Below are positions 58,151-64,000 of a DNA stretch of 64,000 nucleotides, one piece after another. A program made the position numbers and the translations under genes. Source of the stretch: an uncultured delta proteobacterium (GTDB lineage: Bacteria > Myxococcota > Kuafuiibacteriia > Kuafuiibacteriales > Kuafuiibacteriaceae). Below the pieces are notes generated by a model, which was given only the letters and a program-made list of their open reading frames with translations, did not search any database and was not told where the DNA came from. How positions within the stretch are numbered: the first letter of the stretch is position 1; each line of letters begins with the position of its first letter. The stretch is from contig CAWDML010000009.1 of NCBI GenBank assembly GCA_963803435.1, positions 32,001 through 96,000 of the forward strand, given 5' to 3'.

Positions 58151-59370
58151 TCCGCCGCCGGCGGGGGATCGCACGAAGGACGATGGCGAGCAGAAGGGCC
58201 GGGGCACCGTGACCGGCCCCTTCTCCTCGTGCTCCCTGCGTGCAACGACAGTCGCTGTCGCCGCCCTCGATCTTCCTCCCGGCGTCGGGTGTCTCCAGGG
58301 CGGGGCAGCCGTCGAGACGCGTGCAGAGCGTCCCGCGCCCCCGCGTCAGCGTCTCCCAGGTTGACCCGATCTCGTCGCGGGCGGCGTCGATGGCCTCGGC
58401 CTCGGCGATCACCGCCGTCGAGGTCGCGCTCTCGCCCGGACGCGTGAGGAGCGCGAACAGCACGGCCATCCGCGATCCCTCAGGGCCCGCCGAATCGCGC
58501 GGACCGGCGGCCTCGACCACCTCCTCGATGGACAGCGCGACCTCGGTCCCGAGGATCACGGTCCCGGGCGGTAGCTCGGCGGCCCCGGGGATCCAGGCGC
58601 CGCCTTCGGTCCGGCCGCCGGCGATGAAGAAGAATGGGCCCACCTCGTCGGGCCTCGCCAGGCCGAGGGCGTAGAGGTCGAGCGACGAGAAGCGCACGTT
58701 GCGAGAGACCACCACGAAGCGACCGGCGCCGAGGGCGCGGAGCTCGTGACCGCCCATCAGGGATCCGTCCGAGTCCAGCAGCGCGTGCCAGTGCGCGCGC
58801 TGGCGGCCGAGCAGATCGATCGCGACGGTCGACGACGAGGGCGTCACCGGCGGGAAGTAGGCGAGGTGACGGTGGGCGAGCTCGTGAGACGCGTCGGCCC
58901 CGAGCCGCTGACCGTGCGTCGAGCGCTGCTTGAGATCGACCACGCCCACCAGCGCGGCCACGCCGAACTCGGCGCGTTGATCGATCGGACCCATCCCGGT
59001 GCCGGCCGTGTCGTTGAAGAGCGGCACGAAGTACGACGGCCCCCCCGCGCCCAGATCCTCGAAGGTGGTGAACAGCACGAGGATGGCGGGGGCGTCGACA
59101 CCCTCGGCGGCGAAGCGCGCGGTGATCGCGGCCAGATCGTTGCGCTCGGCGTCGAACCGGATGCCGAGCGCGCCGTCGATCCCGCTGATCAGCGTCTCGT
59201 CGCCCTCGAGGATGACGACCTGGCCCCGCCGCTCGACCAGACCCCGCCGCACGGTGGCCGGCCGCAGCGTCATCTCGGGCCAACGGCCCGGCGTGAACGT
59301 CCCCGTCTCGACGGCGCCGCAGCCGCTGACGACCAGGGCGAGGAGCCACAGCCAGGCCGCTTGACCGCGC
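58098..59370 (-). CDS. Exported putative metalloprotease-like protein with MYXO-CTERM-like tail (start uncertain)
   Basis: Lipobox-like VSGC, HELAH motif, HW...DSDGS.M.G, DLYALGL, then a CRC + hydrophobic + RRRR tail. Confidence 0.62.
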
Positions 59371-59381
59371 GAACGTCGGTA

Positions 59382-59612
59382 GTGATCCTGCGCTCCGTGA
59401 AGTTCCGCCTGAAACGGCGCGTGAAGAAGATGAACGTCTGCACGCGGTGCGAGGCGACGATGGACCGCCGCACCGCCATCCCCGAGGGCGCCGGCCGTCG
59501 CTACTGGGGCGACGTCGAGCCGTACGTGTACGTCGGCGACGCCGAGATCCATCACTTCATCTGTACGAGCTGCGGGAACCTCACGGCGATCCAATTCCGC
59601 GAGGCGGCCTAG
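59382..59612 (+). CDS. Small zinc-ribbon protein
   Basis: CTRC and CTSC pairs with a basic N-terminus. Confidence 0.65.
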   Translation: MILRSVKFRLKRRVKKMNVCTRCEATMDRRTAIPEGAGRRYWGDVEPYVYVGDAEIHHFICTSCGNLTAIQFREAA

Positions 59613-59622
59613 GACGGGCCCG

Positions 59623-60381
59623 GTGGCGGTCAAAGGCCCGAAGGGATCGGATCCGCCGCCCGCGCCGCGCCCGATCAATCCGGGCGGGACCGAAGCCCGA
59701 ACCCCGGCGCCGGCCCCTGCGCCTGCGAAGCGCCCCCGCGAGGTCGAGCCCTCGCCCGATCGGCGGCGCCAGCAAGACGAGGCCGCCGCGGAGCTGTCGG
59801 CCGAGGGGCGGATCGGTGATCCGTCGCTGCCGCCCGAGGCGTTCCGGTCGATGGGGACGCTGGTGTCGGCCCGCCACCTGATGGCGCTCCTGGCCCGCAA
59901 GCGGCCCGACGTCGCCCGCGCCGCGCTGCTTGCGGAAGTGGGCGACCTCTTGCTCGCCGAGAAGGATCCGACGGCCATCCGACGGATCCTGCTCCAGATG
60001 GGCGAGGTCGGGCGCATCGTCGACATCTATCCGCTCGAGGTCCTCGACTATGTGCTGCACGCGCGCCCCGCTGCGCTCCCCGGCTTCTCCTACGGGCCGG
60101 TGATCTTGAACAAGGTCGAGCTCGAGTCGCGGACGTTCGGCGTCGAGGAGCTGATCCGAATCAAGGTTCCGTTATCACTTCGAATGCGCGGGTTCGCGCT
60201 GGAGGGCGGTGGGGCGCCGGGCTACTGCTTCGCGCCGGGCGGCCTCGCCGAGTACCACCTCGAGCTCGCCGCGCCCGGCGCGTTCCCCATCCTGGTGCGT
60301 GGGGAAATCCGGAAAAAGAGCCTGATCGACCGGGCCATCCTCACGATCGAGGACCGACCCGATGGGCAACCTCAATGGTAG
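59623..60381 (+). CDS. Hypothetical protein
   Basis: Pro-rich N-terminus followed by a globular region, coding-like composition. Confidence 0.65.
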   Translation: MAVKGPKGSDPPPAPRPINPGGTEARTPAPAPAPAKRPREVEPSPDRRRQQDEAAAELSAEGRIGDPSLPPEAFRSMGTLVSARHLMALLARKRPDVARAALLAEVGDLLLAEKDPTAIRRILLQMGEVGRIVDIYPLEVLDYVLHARPAALPGFSYGPVILNKVELESRTFGVEELIRIKVPLSLRMRGFALEGGGAPGYCFAPGGLAEYHLELAAPGAFPILVRGEIRKKSLIDRAILTIEDRPDGQPQW

Positions 60382-60427
60382 TATTCCAGAGCGGTTGCGC
60401 CGGACCGGACCGCCTTGGATTCCGCGC

Positions 60428-63400
60428 ATGAACAAATCCGCACTCCCCCTCCTCGCCCTTCCGCTCGTCCTGGTGCTCGGTTGTCCCGAAGGCGGGACCT
60501 TGCCGCCGGGCCAAGACGCCGGACCCGACCTCCCGGACGCCGTGGTGATCGGCCCGCGCGACGCCGGTCCGACCGATACCGCGGTCCGCGTGCCCACCGC
60601 CAGCGCGGTCAGCCCGGCCCGGGGGCCCCAGTCCGGCGGCACGCGGGTCACGATCCGCGGCTCCAACTTCACCGAGCCCGCCGAGGTCCGCTTCGACGGT
60701 GTCTCGGCCACCAGCGTGGTCGTGCTCGACGAGGTCTCGATCGCGGCCACCACGCCGCCCCACCCGATCGGCCCGGTCACCGTCGAGGTGACCACCGAGG
60801 GCGGTACCGCCGAGCTTCCCGACGGCTTCACCTTCCACCGCGAGATCCGCCTCGACGCCATCGAGCCGGCGCGGATCCCGGACGAGGGCGGTGTCGCGCT
60901 GACCCTCACCGGCAAGGGCTTCGACGAGAACACGATCGTGCTCATGGATCGCCGGCCGATCCGGGGGCTGCGCGTGGTCAGCGACACCGAGATGACCGGC
61001 TACTCGCCGCGCCTGACGCCGGGACGGCCCGACGTCCGCGTGATGAATCCGGACGCCGAGGCGCGCCGGGCCGACGTGGTCGTGGTGTTCGGAACGCCCG
61101 ACCTCACCGGCGCGCTGCCCGGCTACGGCCCGATCGGAGGACGCGCCGCCCAGGAGATCCAGGGGGACGGCCTCGCCGACGCCGAGCGGGTCACCTTCGG
61201 CGCGACGCCGGCGGGCGCGTTCACGCTGGAGACGAACGCGCTCCTCAGCGCGGAGGCGCCGGCCCTGGCCGAGGGCGCCTACGACCTCACGGTCGCCAAC
61301 GACGACGCCAGCGGCACGCTGGCCGGCGGCTACATCGCGTTCGATCCGGCGGCGCCCGGGATCGCCGTTCTCGGCGTGCAGCCGGCACGCATCGCCGAGG
61401 GCAGCAGCGCCACCGTCACGGTGGTCGGACGTCGCTTCGGCCTCTCCCCCCAGCTCGCGATCGACGGTGTGCGCGTCCCGCTGATCGAGGGCAATGACAA
61501 CGCCGTCACCGTGATGCTCCCGCAGTCGCTGGCGCTCGGTCCTCACGACGTCACCGTCCTCAACGGGGCGCTGCAGGACACCCTGGCCGGCGGTCTCACG
61601 GTCTATGCACCCATGGAGGTCCTGGGCCTCAGCCCGAATCGCGGCCCGGTGGCCGGCGGCACCACCGTCACGCTCACCGGCTCTGGCTTCATCAGCGGCG
61701 CCGAGGTGCGCATCGCGGACGTCCCGCTCGCCGACGTCGTCGTGGTGAGCGACACCCAGATCATCGCCACCACGGTCGCCGGCGCCGGCGGCACCTACGA
61801 CGTGGTCGTCCGCGCCGGCTCGGAGACCGCCGTCCTCGCCGGCGGGTTCACGTTCACCGAGCCCTTCCAGATCGTCCGGATCGATCCGAGCGAAGGCTCG
61901 GTCGCCGGCAACACCTACGTCTCGATCTTCGGGCGTGGCTTCACCTCGCCCGCCGCCGTCACCTTCGGCGGCGTCGACGCGGCCGCCGTGCAGCTCGAGA
62001 ACGGCTCGGTCATCGGCGCCCGCACCCAGCCGGCGCGCCCAGGCGCGGTGGACATCCAGGTCGACTCGGGCTCGGAGGATCAGCTCCTCCCGAAGGCGTT
62101 CAACTTCTACGATCCGCGCCTCCTGACCGGCGGCGCCTGGGGTGGGCCCGTCGACGGCTCCATCAACGTCGCCGTGCAGACGTTCGACGGCACGCCACTG
62201 CCCGGAATGGTGGTGCAGCTCGGGTTCGGCGCCGATCTCCGCTACACCGCCGTCACCGACGAAAACGGCGAGGCCACCGTGAGCAGCCCCGAGATCCGAG
62301 GCGCGCAGACGGTGACCGTAGGCGCGCCCGGCGTCGAGTTCGTGACCTACTATGAGGTCGACGCGAGGAACCTCACCATGTTCGCCAGCCCCTACCCGCA
62401 GTCGATGCCGCCCGACGCGCCGATCTCGCCCTGCCCGATGCCCGCGCAGGCGCCGGTGGTGACCGGCAAGATCTTCAAGTTCAAGTCGGCGCTCGATCCG
62501 GTGACGCGCCCGGGCTGGGTCGCGGTCGCCCGGATCACGTACACGCAGCCGAACATCTTCTCCCAGAACCCGCCGGATCCGCCCGAGCAGTTCGACTTCG
62601 TGTTCACGGACGGCGGCGAGTATCAGATCGTGGTGCTGCGGCTCGGGACCGTCGCCGTCTACGCGACGCTCGGCGATCTCAACCCTGAGACGCAGGAGTT
62701 CATCCCGCGCCGGATGGGCATCGCGCGGAACGTCCCGGTGGCGATCGCGACCACCACCGAAGGGATCAACATCTCGCTCGACATCGATCTGAACCAGACC
62801 ACGCGAATCCGGATGGACGGACCGCCCGAGCAGAAGCCGGGTCCCTCCCTCAACGCCGTGCTGCCGTTCCTCAACCTGCAGTCGGAGGGCGTGATCCCCT
62901 TCCCGCAGTTCTTCGGCGCCGGCGACGTGATCGTGAACAGCCTGCCCGATCTCCCGGAGTCGCAGTTCATCTACTGGGGCGGATCGTTCACCAACGCCGG
63001 CGGGCAGCTGGGCGCGCCCTACTCGCTGGCGGTCGTGAAGACAGCGTCGCCGTTCGAGGAGGGCGTCGACCTGGGGCCGTTCGTCCAGATGCCTCAGAAC
63101 GTGAGCCCGAAGCCGAACCAGCTCCTCGAGAATGGGGTGGTCCGCTGGGATCTCAGCGGGGTGCGGCCCGACATCACCACCATCAACGTGGTGGACGTGA
63201 CCTCGGTCGGCGGCTGCTGCTGCGGCGACGCCAACATGAACGGGCAGTGCGAGGACTCGGAGCCGCGGATGTGCGGTTCCCTCCCGCAGCAGTTCAACCG
63301 CTGGACGCTGTTCGGCGAGGGCGGCCTGGCCAGCTACGCGCTCCCGCGGATGCCCTCGGGGATCGTGGCGTTCGACGCGCCGAACGTGTACCCGTGGCTG

Positions 63401-63526
63401 GTGCAGATGGCGGTGGCACCGCGCTTCAACTACCACGAGTTCATCTACAACCAGTTCTCGCAGTACTTCTGGCAGAGCTGGTCGTTCTGGTTCTCGCAGT
63501 TCACGGTCAAGGAAGAGACCGACTAG
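60428..63526 (+). CDS. IPT/TIG-repeat lipoprotein
   Basis: Lipobox VLGC; about six SP..GP..GGT.VT..G..F repeats. Confidence 0.9.
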   Translation: MNKSALPLLALPLVLVLGCPEGGTLPPGQDAGPDLPDAVVIGPRDAGPTDTAVRVPTASAVSPARGPQSGGTRVTIRGSNFTEPAEVRFDGVSATSVVVLDEVSIAATTPPHPIGPVTVEVTTEGGTAELPDGFTFHREIRLDAIEPARIPDEGGVALTLTGKGFDENTIVLMDRRPIRGLRVVSDTEMTGYSPRLTPGRPDVRVMNPDAEARRADVVVVFGTPDLTGALPGYGPIGGRAAQEIQGDGLADAERVTFGATPAGAFTLETNALLSAEAPALAEGAYDLTVANDDASGTLAGGYIAFDPAAPGIAVLGVQPARIAEGSSATVTVVGRRFGLSPQLAIDGVRVPLIEGNDNAVTVMLPQSLALGPHDVTVLNGALQDTLAGGLTVYAPMEVLGLSPNRGPVAGGTTVTLTGSGFISGAEVRIADVPLADVVVVSDTQIIATTVAGAGGTYDVVVRAGSETAVLAGGFTFTEPFQIVRIDPSEGSVAGNTYVSIFGRGFTSPAAVTFGGVDAAAVQLENGSVIGARTQPARPGAVDIQVDSGSEDQLLPKAFNFYDPRLLTGGAWGGPVDGSINVAVQTFDGTPLPGMVVQLGFGADLRYTAVTDENGEATVSSPEIRGAQTVTVGAPGVEFVTYYEVDARNLTMFASPYPQSMPPDAPISPCPMPAQAPVVTGKIFKFKSALDPVTRPGWVAVARITYTQPNIFSQNPPDPPEQFDFVFTDGGEYQIVVLRLGTVAVYATLGDLNPETQEFIPRRMGIARNVPVAIATTTEGINISLDIDLNQTTRIRMDGPPEQKPGPSLNAVLPFLNLQSEGVIPFPQFFGAGDVIVNSLPDLPESQFIYWGGSFTNAGGQLGAPYSLAVVKTASPFEEGVDLGPFVQMPQNVSPKPNQLLENGVVRWDLSGVRPDITTINVVDVTSVGGCCCGDANMNGQCEDSEPRMCGSLPQQFNRWTLFGEGGLASYALPRMPSGIVAFDAPNVYPWLVQMAVAPRFNYHEFIYNQFSQYFWQSWSFWFSQFTVKEETD

Positions 63527-63536
63527 CCTCAACTCC

Positions 63537-64000
63537 ATGCGCGCGTTCAACATCATCGGCTCGGTCGCGCTGGCGGCCTTGGCGCTCGCCGGCTGCAAGG
63601 GCGGCTCGAGCTCGCTCACCTGCGAGTCCGACGCGGACTGCACGCTTCCGGGGACGCGCTGCAGCGCGGAGACCAAGCTCTGCATCTGCACGACCGACGA
63701 GTCGTGCCTCGACGGCTTCTTCTGCAACAACGCCGGCGTCTGTCAGGAGCGATCGGGCTGCACCACGAACCCGGACTGTGCCGAGGGCACGTTCTGCGAC
63801 ATCGCCAGCGGCCAGTGTCTCGTGGGTCCACCGACGGGGATCGGCGGCGCCTGCGGCCTGGCCTCCCACTGCCCCTACGGGACGATCTGCACCGACGGCA
63901 CCTGCGTCGCGGGCTGTTTCGACGATGGCGATTGCGTGCTGGGACAGATCTGCTTCGACGGTCAGTGCGCGACGGGTCAGGACGTGTGCAGCAACGACGC
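63537..64000 (+). CDS. Cys-rich lipoprotein (partial, runs off the window)
   Basis: MRAFNIIGSVALAALALAGC followed by C..D.DC....C repeats. Confidence 0.85.
   Translation, partial: MRAFNIIGSVALAALALAGCKGGSSSLTCESDADCTLPGTRCSAETKLCICTTDESCLDGFFCNNAGVCQERSGCTTNPDCAEGTFCDIASGQCLVGPPTGIGGACGLASHCPYGTICTDGTCVAGCFDDGDCVLGQICFDGQCATGQDVCSND

Overview
High-GC (about 70% by eye) bacterial chromosome segment, most likely from an uncultured Myxococcota-type delta-proteobacterium. This is inferred from the Hanks kinases, DUF1592/DUF1552, MYXO-CTERM-like tails, Cys-rich lipoproteins and ECF-FecR-TPR module. Most of it is housekeeping and envelope genes: tRNA-Val, lon, gluQ, rtcA, kptA, moeA, proBA, folK, pduO, and M20/M23/M48 peptidases. 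Five things stand out. (1) Two inverted copies of an IS1182-family element that carries a four-helix-bundle (IVP/Avd-like) passenger gene, has long ends containing GGGACC hexamer arrays, and is inserted at CTAG stop codons. (2) A Bd0055-like bacterial histone with a Lys-rich N-terminal tail, preceded by roughly 10-bp-phased A/T tracts. (3) A protein combining a peptidoglycan-binding domain with an annexin repeat, with a sigma54-type promoter and a small partner gene. (4) An ECF sigma module whose promoter motif can be read from two identically spaced copies. (5) A di-haem protein/imelysin/monohaem cytochrome/porin operon preceded by a Fur box. Several single-base frameshifts in otherwise intact genes suggest indel errors in the assembly, so pseudogene calls are tentative. 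All assignments come from motif recognition by eye; no database search was run.
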